NCBI RefSeq assembly: GCF_009914755.1
Contig: NC_060927.1
Length of the DNA stretch: 64,000 bases
Reading direction: 5' to 3' (one strand)
DNA from: the human T2T-CHM13v2.0 reference genome, Homo sapiens
Both the position numbers and the translations under genes were made by a program. The notes under the pieces were generated by a model that did no database searches, was not told where the DNA came from, and was given only the letters and a program-made list of their open reading frames with translations. Positions 39,691-50,816 of the stretch are shown piece by piece; within the stretch, counting starts at the first letter, position 1; each line of letters begins with the position of its first letter.

Positions 39691-40149
39691 AAAAAGCCGT
39701 TCAACTGCAAGTCACACTTGCATGGGGTGTGCTCTCTGGATGTTAGCTTGGGGCTCCTACAGGATACCTGCTCTGTTTTCTTTGTTCTCTGGGTTTCTTC
39801 TGCAGGTCTTTCCTGGATGCCCCAGTTTATTTATCCAGAAGATAACTGCCTATATCTTTTTGGGGGTCCCCAATGTATAATTCACATTAGCTTATGAATC
39901 AAGTGAGATAATCCCAAACACATTCTTCAAAGGCAGTAAAAATCTTTCTAGCCATTTATTTTAATCTGATGTGAAAATCAATGAACAGATTGGAATTTAA
40001 TATGCTTTATAAATTATTGGGAAGTGGAAAAAAAAGACTCCTTTCTTGAGGTCACTGATTTGTGAAGACAGTGTTTGCTTTGGGGACAGAGTTTACGTAT
40101 TAAAAAATTTAAACCTTACAATCATAGGGGTCCTTTTGTTTGAAAGATG

Positions 40150-40370
40150 ACCTAGTGTAATAGAAAAACGTAGATTTTGAAGCCTGACAGATTTAAGTTT
40201 AACCTAACTATGTGACCTTGAGAATATTTCTAAACTTCTCTGAGCTTCTGTTTCCTCATTTATAAGCAGGCATAGTAATCCTCACCTTTCAGAGTTGTAC
40301 AATTCCGAGATGATGTGCACAAAGAGTTGAGCATATTATAACCACTCAATATGTCATAGCTGTTTTATTA
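40150..40370 (+). mobile_element. MIR SINE relic
   Basis: TGTGACCTTGAG...CTCTGAGCTTCTGTTTCCTCATTTATAA. Confidence 0.82.
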
Positions 40371-41569
40371 TCAAGGTGACCAAAAACATTCTGGAAGAAG
40401 AGGGGTGATATTCTTTACCTATGTATTTTATAAACACTCCCAAAAAGGTTCTTAGAGAAAAATATGACTTGAGAGCATAAGATTTAAATTTATGACGTTA
40501 CTTCAATTGCGAAAGTTTGTTCAGATGGCCTAATCAGGGGATTAATGAACCATCTTGACTGTGATGTGGATTACCATGACCTTCCTCTTGTTTTGGAGTT
40601 GGACACGTGGTGCTACCCAACTAAACGAAAATAAGGAATATTTTTAAACGCACTGTGCCATGTCACTTCCTGCATGGTGGAACCCATTCACAGACAAGAC
40701 AGATACAATGAGGACTGTTAGGAAAATAGAGGAATGAAAGGCACATATTGTTCCCCTGAGTCTATGGCAGCCACTGAATAATGGCGTTTTCTTATGGGTA
40801 AGAACAGGTTTGCTTTCAGAGCAGTTCTCTGTATTTTCCTTGGATCCAGGACTTGTCAGCAAGGACACAGAAAAACCCAAGGATAAGTCTCAATCAGCAA
40901 TAACTCAACACTCATAGGAAGGATGGTTTTCAAAGACAATTAGGAAGCTGTTTGTAATTTGAGCTTCTAAAACCACTTAGGGAAGTTCACCAAGTTTGAG
41001 AAAAACATGAGTATCTCCCTTTGTGACCAGGTTGCATAATACTATGGAAGGCCCCACCAGGGGAGTGCCCCATTTGTGTTACCCTATCTTTGCTCCTTAC
41101 GTTTAGGATTCAGCGTGGTTTCAGTCAAAAGGACCCTAGAGAAGGTTTGTAGTTTATGGCATTAGTACTCACAAAGGAGGTGTTTACACATGTAAAATGA
41201 TTTCAGAACAACCCTCTAATCTTCCACAAAACTCTCCCCTGAGAGTTTAGTCCCTTCCAACTCTGAAGAGGGTCAAAGCCTTTCACTTGATGAGTAATAA
41301 AGTTTATTGTCACACATCCTGACTTACTACAATTTAAATTATATCAAATTTTATATGCATATTACAAGTCAACATAGGCTTTTCATCAGCAGCATTTTTG
41401 CTTCATAACAACCTTAGAAAGAGATAGGTGGGTAGAAAAATATTGTTATTATTATTGTATCAAATTAGTATTTTAAATTATTTAGATTAGCTTTTTTGAC
41501 AGGGGAGTAGGGAATTGGTGATGGAACTGGAGTTGGAGGGCACATACAGAAAAGAATCAAAGTTACACA

Positions 41570-42010
41570 GAAATACATCCTTCCATCCTCCAACTCAGCA
41601 ACTATGCTTCTGGGAAGGTACCCTTCATGAGTAGTTACCCAGATGGATAAGGATATGCATACGGTGATACCCACTACTGCAGTGTTTGAGATAACAAAAA
41701 GCTAGAAACAAAAGGAATAGTATGGAGTAGTTAAAAAGAATAAGGAACTGTGAACTGTAGGCTACTATGTAAAAATGTCAGTAATAAATTGTATATCAGC
41801 ATGTATAACATGACCTCATTTGTGATTATAAAAATGAGGAGCTAGCTAGATAAATAGATATTTACATATACTTACAGAATTTTCAGAAAAATTCTCTATA
41901 GTTACTCAGGCCTAGAAGTTTGGAACCAGAGTGGAAAGATGGAGTTATACTTTTCATCACGGACATACGGATAAGTATTTCTGAAATTTTTACAAATGGC
42001 AAAAATTTTG
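41570..42010 (+). mobile_element. Old L1ME-like fragment
   Basis: CTCAGCAACTATGCTTCTGGGAA...CTGCAGTGTTTG...CAAAAAGCTAGAAACAA (ORF2 end / 3'UTR pattern). Confidence 0.55.
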
Positions 42011-42089
42011 TTTTTTAAAAAATTTAAAAGAGGCTAACTTTTAAGTGTGTATGAAGATTTACATGGAAGGAAAAAGAAGAAGGAAAAAT

Positions 42090-42300
42090 AGTCATGAAGC
42101 TTACTATATGCCTGACACCCAACTCTGCATCTGACATCTCATCTAAACTTTATGACAACTCCATAAGGTAAGACTTACCTTTGTCTGTGAATGAAAGTGA
42201 AAATCCCAAGAAGCTGATTCATTACCCTCACAAGCAACATGGATGGCTTCAACCCAATTTACTGAGACCCCAAAGTCCCCATGTATGCATTTCCATAGGC
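42090..42300 (-). mobile_element. MIR SINE relic
   Basis: GCTTACTATATGCC...ATCTCATCTAA...ACAACTCCATAAGGTA. Confidence 0.6.
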
Positions 42301-43250
42301 CACACGAATATAATTGTGTCTAAAGGTCATGAGAATAACACTGGGCAAAAGCAAAAATATTCTAACTTCTGAATTAGAACCCGAAGCATAAAACTTGTTC
42401 CACAGGGTCAGCCCTGTGACTGTGTAAGGTGATCACTAATGGTAGCAACTAATAGCTACAGGATGGGACACTTGTCCTCATTAATAGCTTTGCAAATATG
42501 CTCATAGAGTTGTTGCACCAAAAATAAATTAGAAGCAAATCAGAATGGAGCCAATTCAAAGAACAAAGTGGGGGAGAAAGATTAAACAGGCGACAATGAC
42601 CACTAGCTTTGCCATGTTTCAAAAATCTGTTGTTCCACAGGATTCTGAAATGAAAGCAAATTTTTTTTCTTTCAAAGCAAAATGGTAAAATGGAAAACTA
42701 ATTTAATGTTGCCTTTGCATTATCTTCAAAATAAAATAAAAGTTAACTGTTTATAGAAATGTTTTGCCTTTCCAAGGTTAAGAAATAATGGAATAAGATC
42801 CTATGAAATTATTCATTTCTCTGTGATTTTTTCTCTTTGTTCTTCTACAGTTTAGAAAGATTACTGACTTGTAAGTGACTCTTCATGCTAACATGCACAA
42901 TATTTATACATCTCTAAGTAATACCCACTTGCCCAGTGGCATTCCACACAGAAAAAATAGAATTTTATGTATCATTAAGCAGTTTCCAAGGTGTCAGCAA
43001 TTTCATGCAAAGCATCAGTGTAATGACTAGTAGTTCTACTTGCTAAATAGCAGAGTGTTTGGAAATTTTTAAACTGCTGCACTGGATACACCTGGACTCC
43101 CTGAATAAGCTAAAGTCTCCCTCCTCATCCATGTGAGTTCAGCAAATATAAGCATCCCCCTACCAGTGATTTCTCTCTAGGAAGGAGGGTCCGGAAAACT
43201 GAGTGTAGATTAGAGGCTCTAGCTGCCCTAGTGGCTGCCAGCAGTGACTC

Positions 43251-44150
43251 AGGGGCCAGAGTTAGCTGTAGCCAGACTCACTACAAAATGAAAATGTGGG
43301 ATCTCTTGCATAAAAAGCAAGAAAAAAAGTGTGCCATTTAAGGCATTCAAATAAAATTTTATCCTCTTTTCTGTGGTCTCTCAACTTGTCATGGTGTTTT
43401 TATTTGCTATTTAATGTCTTTCTAAGTAAAGGATAAAATTAAAAATTTAACTTATTTGCCTGAATTTTACTGTTCATCATGCCAATTTATCAAGGAGCAT
43501 TTAACTTAAATGTAGTATCACTGAAATTAGACAATTTGTTTTTCATAGTCCATACATGCATATGTATTTTATTCTTGCCAGAATAGTGGAAGCATTGCAC
43601 AAACTAACTCAGTTGTTTTTAATTTTACTTTTTGACACTTGCACATTCTAGTATTACCCTTATCTTATTGATAAGCAAGTAAGGGCTGAAAGGAAAAGAA
43701 ACTATGAGTTGCCCTATCTTTCCCTTTTTTTCTGTCATCATTTTCAGCATAAGTGGGTGGCTAATACAGGGAAGTAACACAAGTGAGAAAAGACTTGATG
43801 GATTACTTGGTCTTTTGTGGTTCTTAGAATGGCATTGCTTTGCATTAGAAGCAAGTTCTGTACTCACTTTGAGTCTCACTGAACTTCCTCACGTTGCAAG
43901 CCCATGAGAATTCCCTGCAACATGTCCAGGAGGGCACCATGACTACTCTATGCAAATGAGGAGGCCAGCAACTGCACACATTGTATTTCCTCTGTTCAAG
44001 CCTATGCTGCACTGCCCCCTTGGACTTAATTTACAAAACACGAGTTCAAAGATAAATTATTATGAACTTTAAAACAGTGACAAGAGTGACTCAGGCTCTT
44101 CTGAGTGAGAGGCCCTATGACTACACAGGTCATATGTCCATCAACATGCT
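43251..44150 (-). mobile_element. MER45-family (MER45B/C-like) hAT-Tip100 element
   Basis: Left CAAAATGAAAATGTGGG.TCTCTTG; right TTCTGAGTG...GGCCCTATGACTACACAGGTC...CCAT, matching MER45 termini around ~0.8 kb of internal sequence. Confidence 0.7.
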
Positions 44151-44742
44151 CTCTTTAATCACCAAAGGCAAGACTGTCCTGCTGGATGGGAGAGCAATGT
44201 CCAGGGGTGACAACTCTACAGAGGGAGAAGTAAGATGATTAGAAAAAAAAAAGACTCATTCAGGAAGAACTGGACAATGATACACACAAAAAATATCATT
44301 CTAGTTTACTCCCAGCCTGATCAAATTAAGATGGTCAAGTTGGTCAATACTTTGCCAGAGCATTCAAAATGCTTTATAGTCCTTTAAAAATTACAGTTTG
44401 TTGTCAATGCAATCTCCAGCCAGTATATATTTAACTATGTCTGTCAAGCACAGGAAAACGTTCAAATGTATTATCATCAGTGACAACAATTCTCATCAAT
44501 CCTTGGAATGACAGTTACACTGTGCTAAAATGCCAAATATGTATGTGAAACCCTCACCTATTTATAAAGGGTATCTCTTAAGTTCCTAAATATCCCAAAC
44601 TAGAAAAAACAGAAATGATTTAACATGAATATCCCATGAAATATTTTCTCTGTATAGCTTCACACCATAAGTTTATTGCCTTTTCAATTTTCACTAAAAA
44701 TCTATTCCTCATTCATTGGGTATTGTTGCACAAATAAAGTTT

Positions 44743-44992
44743 GTTTTTTTATTTTTACTTTTTAACATTTATTTTAAGTTCAGGGGTACATGTGAAGGTT
44801 TGTTATATAGGTAAACTTGTGTCGTGGAGGTTTGTTGTACAGATTATTTCATCACCCAGGTATTAAGCCTAGTACCCATTAGTTATTTTTCCTGATCCTC
44901 TCCCTCTTCCCACCCTCTACCCTCAAGTAGGCCCTAAGTGTATGTTGTTCCCCTCTATGTGTCCATGTGTTTTCATCATTTAACTCCCACTT
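44743..44992 (-). mobile_element. Outer LINE-1 (L1PA13-16-like), 3' terminus
   Basis: T-rich tail then TTTTAAGTTCAGGGGTACATGTG...TTATTTTTCCTGATCCTCTCCC...CTCCCACTT; same 3' type as 736-1003. Confidence 0.93.
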
Positions 44993-45205
44993 AAAAAAAA
45001 AAAAATTCTGGAGTACAGGATGTGCAGGTTTGTTACATAGGTAAATGTGTGCCATGGTGGTTTGCTGCACCTATCGACCCATCACCTAGGTATTAAGCCC
45101 AGTATGCATTAGCTGTTTTTCCTAATGCTCTCCCCTCTCTTTGCCCTCCCCCGATAGGTCTTAGTGTGTGTTGTTCCCCTCCCTGTGTCCATGTGTTCTC
45201 ATTGC

Positions 45206-47208
45206 TCAGCTCCCACTTATAAGTGAGAACATGCAGCGTTTGGTTTTCTGTTCCTGCATTAGTTTGCTGAGGATAATGGCTTCCAGTTTCATCCATGTCC
45301 CTGCAAAGGAAATGATCTTATTCCTTTTTATTGCTGCATAGTATTCCATGGTGTATATGTACCACATTTTCTTTATCGAGTCTATCATTGATGGGCATTT
45401 GGGTTGATTCCATGTCTTTGCTATTGTGAATACTGCTGCAATGAACATATGTGTGCATGTATCTTTATAATAGAATGATTTATATTCCTTTGGGCATATG
45501 CCCAGTAATGGGATTTGCTGGGTCAAATGGTTCTAAATCTTTGAGAAATTGCCACACTGTCTTCCAGAACAGTTGAACTAAATTACATTCCCACCAACAG
45601 TGTGAAAGCGTTCCTATTTCTCTGCAAACTCACCAGCATCTGTTGGTTCTTGACTTTTTAATAATCGCCATTCTGACTGGCGTGAGAGATGATATCTCAT
45701 AGTGGTTTTGATTTGCATTTCTCTAATACACTGATGTTGAGCTTGTTTTCATATGTCTTTTGGCCACATGTATGTATTTTTTTGAGAAGTGTCTGTTCAT
45801 GTCCTTTGTCCACTTTTTAATGGGGTTTTTTTCTTGTAACTCTGCTTAAGTTCCTTGTAGATTCTAGATATTAGACCTTTGTCAGATGGATAGATTGCAA
45901 AGGTTTTCTCCAATTCTGTAGGTTGTCTGTTCACTCTGGTGATAGTTTCTTTTGCTGTGCAGAAGCTGTTTAGTTTAATTAGATCCCATTTGTCAATTTT
46001 TGCTTTTGTTGCAATTGCTCTTGGTGATTTCATCATAAAATCATTGCCCATGCCTATGTCCTGGGTGATATTGCCTAAATTTTCTTCTAGGGTTTTAATA
46101 GTTTTGGGTTTTGCATTTAAGTCTTCAATCCATCTTAAGTTAATTTCTGTGTATGTTATAAGGAAGGGGTCCAGTTGCAATTTTCTGCATATGGCTAGCC
46201 AGTTCTTCCAGCACCATTTCTTAAATAGGGAATCATTTCCCCATTGCTTGTTTTTGTCAGGTTTGTTGAAGATTAGATGGTTGTAGATGTGCGGTTTTAT
46301 TTCTGAGTTCTCAATTCTGTTCCATTGGTCTATGAGCCTGTTTTTGTACCAGTACTATGCTGTTTTGGTTACTCTAGCCTTGTAGTATAGTTTGAAGTTG
46401 GGTAGCATGATGCTTCCAGCTTTGCTATTTTTGCTTAGGATTGTCCTTGCTATATGCACTCATTTTTGGTTCCATATGAATTTTAAAATAGTTTTTTCTA
46501 ATTCTGTGAACAATGTCAATGGCAGTTTTATGGGACTACCATTGAATCTATAAGTTGCTTTGGGAATGAATTACTTTTATTGATTTGCATATGTTGAACC
46601 AGTCTTGCATCCTGTGGATGAAGCCAACTTGATCATGGTGGATAACCTTTTCGATGTGCTGCTGGATTCCGCTTGCCAGTATTTTATTGAGGATTTTTGC
46701 ATCGATGTTCATCGGGGATATTGGCCTGAAGTTTTCTTTTTTTGTTGTATCTCTGCCAGGTTTTGGTATCAGGATGATGCTGGTCTCATAAAATGAGTTA
46801 GGGGGGAGTCCCTCTTTTTCAATTATTTGGAATAGTTTCAGAAGAAACGGTACCAGCCCCTCTTTGTACCTCTGGTAGAATTCAACTGTAAATCCAACAG
46901 GTCCTGGGCTTTTTTTGTTGTTGTTTGGTAGGCTACTGATTACTGCCTCAATTTCAGAACTCGTTATTGATCTATTCAGAGATTCACCTTCTTCCTGGTT
47001 CAGTCTTGGGAGGGTGTATGTGTTCAGGAATTCATCCAATTCTTCTAGATTTTTCAGTTTATTTATATAGAAGTGTTTATAGTATTCTTTGGTGGTGGTT
47101 TATATTTCTGTGGAGTCAGTGATGGTACCCCCCTCATCATTTTTGATTGTGTTTATTTGAGTCTTGTCTCTTTTTTTCTTTATTAGTTTAGCTAGTGGTC
47201 TATTTTAC

Positions 47209-47248
<40 letters not shown>

Positions 47249-48363
47249 CCAAAAAATCAGCTCCTGGATTCATTCATTGATTTTTTTGGAGGGTTTTTTT
47301 TATGTCTCTACCTTCTTCATTTCCACTCTGAGCTTCGTTATTTCTTGTCTCCTGCTAGCTCTGGGGTTTGTTTGCTTTTGGTTCTCTAGTTCTTTTAGTT
47401 GTGATGTTAGGGTGCTGATTTGAGATCTCTATAGCTTTTCAATATGAGCATTTAGTGCTATAAATTTCCCCTCTTAACACTGCTTTAGCTGCATCCCAGA
47501 AATTCTGGTACATTGTCTCTTTGTTCTCATTAGTTTCAAAGAACTTCTTTATTTCTGCCTTAGTTTCATTATTTACCCAGAAGTCACTCAGGAGCAGATT
47601 GTTCAATTTCCATGTAGCTGTGTGGTTTTGAGTGGGTTCCTTAATCTTGAGTTCTAATTTGATTGCACTGTGGTCTGAGAGACTGTTATGATTTCAGTTC
47701 TTTTGCATTTGCTGAGGAGTGTTTTACTTCCAATTATGTGATCAAATTTTAGAGTAAGTGCCATGTGGCTCTGAGAAAAATATGTGTATTCTGTTGTTTT
47801 TGAGTGGAGAGTTCTGTAGATGTCTATCAAGTCCACTTGGTCCAGAGCTGAGTTTGGGTCCTGAATAGCATTGTTAATTTTCTGTCTCAATGATCTGTCT
47901 AATACTGATGGTGGGGTATTAAAGTCTGTCATTATTATTTTGTGGGGGTCTAAGTCCCTTTGTAGGTCTTTAAGAACTTTTTTTTATGAATCTGGGTTGT
48001 CCTGTATTCAGTGCATATATATTTAGGAGAGTTGGCTCTTCATGTTGAATTGAACCTTTAACCACTATGTAATGCCATTCTTTGTCTTTTTTTTTTTTTA
48101 TCTTTGCTGGTTTAATGTCTATTTTGTCAGAAACTAGGATTGCAACCCATGCTTTTTTCTTCTTTCCATTTGATTGGTAAATTTGCCTCCATCACTTTAT
48201 TTTGAGCCTATGGGTGTCTTTGCACATGAGATGTGTCTCTTCGATATGGCCCACCAGTGGCTCTTGTCGTTTTATCCAGCTTGCCATTCTGTGTCTTAAT
48301 TGGGGCATGTAGCCCATTTACATTTAAGGTTATTATTCTTATGAGTGAATTTGATCCTGTCAT
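45206..48363 (-). pseudogene. Disrupted L1 ORF2 (endonuclease / reverse transcriptase) of the inner L1
   Basis: ORF-track peptides LPRLNQEE...[41 protein letters not shown]...EYYAAIK; start codon at 48363; frameshifts and stops. Confidence 0.93.
47212..47248. repeat. poly(T)37 inside L1 ORF2
   Basis: 37 consecutive T where the outer L1 has a short T run (~53548). Confidence 0.95.
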
Positions 48364-48492
48364 CATAATGCTGGCTGGTTAACTTTGCAGACTTGTTAAT
48401 GTAGTTTCTTTACAGTGTCATTGATCTGTGTACTTCAGTGTGTTTTTGTAATGGCTGGTAATGGTTTTTCCTTTCCATGTTTAGTGCTTCCT

Positions 48493-49451
48493 TCAGGAAC
48501 TCTTGCAAGGTGGCCTGGTCATGACAGAATCCCTCAGCATTTGCTTGTCTGAAAAGGATTTTATTTCTACTTCGTTTATGAAGCTTAGTTTGGCCAGATA
48601 TGAAATTCTGGGTTGGAAATTCCTTTCTTTAAGAATGTTGAATATTGGCACCCAATTTCTTCTGGCTTGTAGGGCTTCCACTGAGAGGTTCACTGTTAGT
48701 CTAATGGGCTTCCCTTTGCAGGTGACATGGCCTTTCTCTCTGGATGCCTTTAACATTTATCCCTTCATTTCAACCTTGGAGAATATGATGAGTATGTGTG
48801 TTGCATTGATCTTCTCATGAAGTATCTTATTGGGGTTCTCTGGATTTCCTGAATCTGAATGTTGGCCTGTCTTGCTAGGTTGGGGAAGTTCTCTCGGATG
48901 ATATCCTGAAGTGTATTTTCTAATTTGGTTCCATTCTCCCCTTCTCTTTCAGGTACTCCAATGAGTCATAGCTTCAGTCTTTTTACATAATCCCATAGTT
49001 CTTGGAGGTTTTTGTTCATTCTTTTTCATTCTCTTTTCTCTGATCTTGTCTGCCTGCCTTATTTCAGCAAGATAGTCTTCAAGCTCTGATATTCTTTCTT
49101 CTGCTTGGTCAATTCAGCTATTGATATTTGTGTTTGCATCATGAAGTTCTCGGGCTGTGTTTTTCAGCTCCATCAGGTCATTTATCTTTCTCTCTAAACT
49201 GGTTATTCTAGTTAACAGCTCCTGTAATCTTTTGTCATGGTTCTTAGCTTCTTTGCATTGGGATAGAACATAATCCTTTAGCTCAGTCAAGTTCATTAGT
49301 ACCCACTTTCTGAAGCCTACTTCTGTCAGTTCATCCTTCTCAGCTTCAGCCCAGTTCTGTGCTCTTGCTGGGAGATATTGCAATCATTTGTAGGAGCAGA
49401 GGCATTCTGGTTTTTGGAATTTTCAGTGTTGTTGCATTGGTTTTTCCTCAT
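48493..49451 (-). pseudogene. Disrupted L1 ORF1 of the inner L1
   Basis: Peptides ELTEVGFRKWV...NDLMELKNTARELH and KGKPIRLT..LS.E.LQARR.W.PIFNILKE.NFQPRISY.AKLSF. Confidence 0.92.
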
Positions 49452-50816
49452 CTTCATGGATTTATCTACCTTTGACCTTTGAGGCTGTTGACCTTTGGAT
49501 GGGGTTTTTGGGTGGTCTTTTTTGTTGATGATGTTGTTGTCGCTTTCTTTTTGTTTGTTTTTCTTCTAACCATCAGGCCTCTCTTTTGCAGGTCTGCTGT
49601 AGTTTTCTGGGGTCCACTCCAGACCCTGTTTGCCTGCGTATCATCAGTGGAGGCTGCAGAACAGCAAAGATTGCTGCCTGCTCCTTCCTCTGGAGGCTTC
49701 GTCCCAAAGGGGCACCAACCTAATGCCAGTTGGAACTCTCCTATATGAGGTGTCTGATAACCCCTGTTGGGAGGTTTCACCCAGTCAGGAGGCACAGGAT
49801 CAAGGACCCCCTTAAGGCAGTAGTCTGGCTGCCCCTTAGCAGAGCTGGTGCACTGTGCTTAGGGAATCCCCCTTTTCCAGTCTGCCTGGACTCTTCAGAG
49901 CCAGCAGTCAGGAAAGATTAAGTCCACTGAACCTGAGACCACGGCCACCCCCGCCCCCAGGTTCTCTGTCCCAGGGAGATGAGAGTTCTGTCTGTAAACC
50001 CCTGGCTGGAGTTGCTGGAATTCCTGCAGGGATGCCCTGCACAGTGAAGAGGGATGGATCCCGGTCCCAACTAGAGAAGCAGTCTGGCCACAATCTGCCA
50101 CAGCTGCTGTGCTGCACTGTGGAGAATACCACCCAGTCCAAACTGCCCAGCCTCCCTAGCACTGGCAGGGAAAAACCACCGACTAGAGCTGCAGTAATGC
50201 TGGTTGCCCCTCCCCTCAGGGACCTGGTCATTTTAGGCAGACTCCACGGTGCTGTGCTGGCCAGCGGGGATTCCAAGCCCGTGAGTCTTAGCTTGCAGGG
50301 AACCATGGGAGTGTGACCTACTGAGCAAGGCTGCTTGGCTGCCTGACTTCAGCCCCCTTTCCACAGAAGTAGATGGGTCTCCTGCCTCTCTGGAGTTTCA
50401 GGAGCCATCGGATTATGCTCAGTGTCTGCCCAACCTGGATTCGCCTACTGGAGCAGCTGCCACGGGTCTGCCCAGTTTTGTGCTTGGGACCCAAGGCCCT
50501 GGTGGTGTAGGCTCACAAAGGAACCCTCTGATCCACAGGTTGCAAAAATTCACGGAAAAAGTGTAGTGCCCCAGGTGGGTAGCATAATCCCTTACTGCCT
50601 CCCTTGGCTGGGGGAGGGAGGTCCCTTTACCCCATCCAGCTCTCAGATGAACCATCACCCCACTCTGTTTTTCCTCACTCTCCATGGGTTGCACAAACCA
50701 CCTAGTCAGTCCCAATGAAAGAATCAGTTGGAAATGCAGAAATCACTCACCTTTTGCATTTCTCTCAATGGGAACTGCAAACGGACACTGTTTCTACTTG
50801 GTCATCAGCCCCACTT

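Larger units (their letters stand above)
45006..50809 (-). mobile_element. Inner LINE-1 (L1PA8-11-like), 5'UTR to 3'UTR, internally deleted, inactive
   Basis: 3'UTR, ORF2 and ORF1 fragments and ~1.35 kb 5'UTR ending GAAATGCAGAAATCACTC...CTTGGTCATC; bounded by CCCACTT repeats at 44986-44992 and 50810-50816. Confidence 0.95.

Noticed and set aside
41073-41090. CTCF-like CCACCAGGGGAGTG
   Set aside because: Mismatches in the conserved GGC core; cannot be supported without ChIP data.
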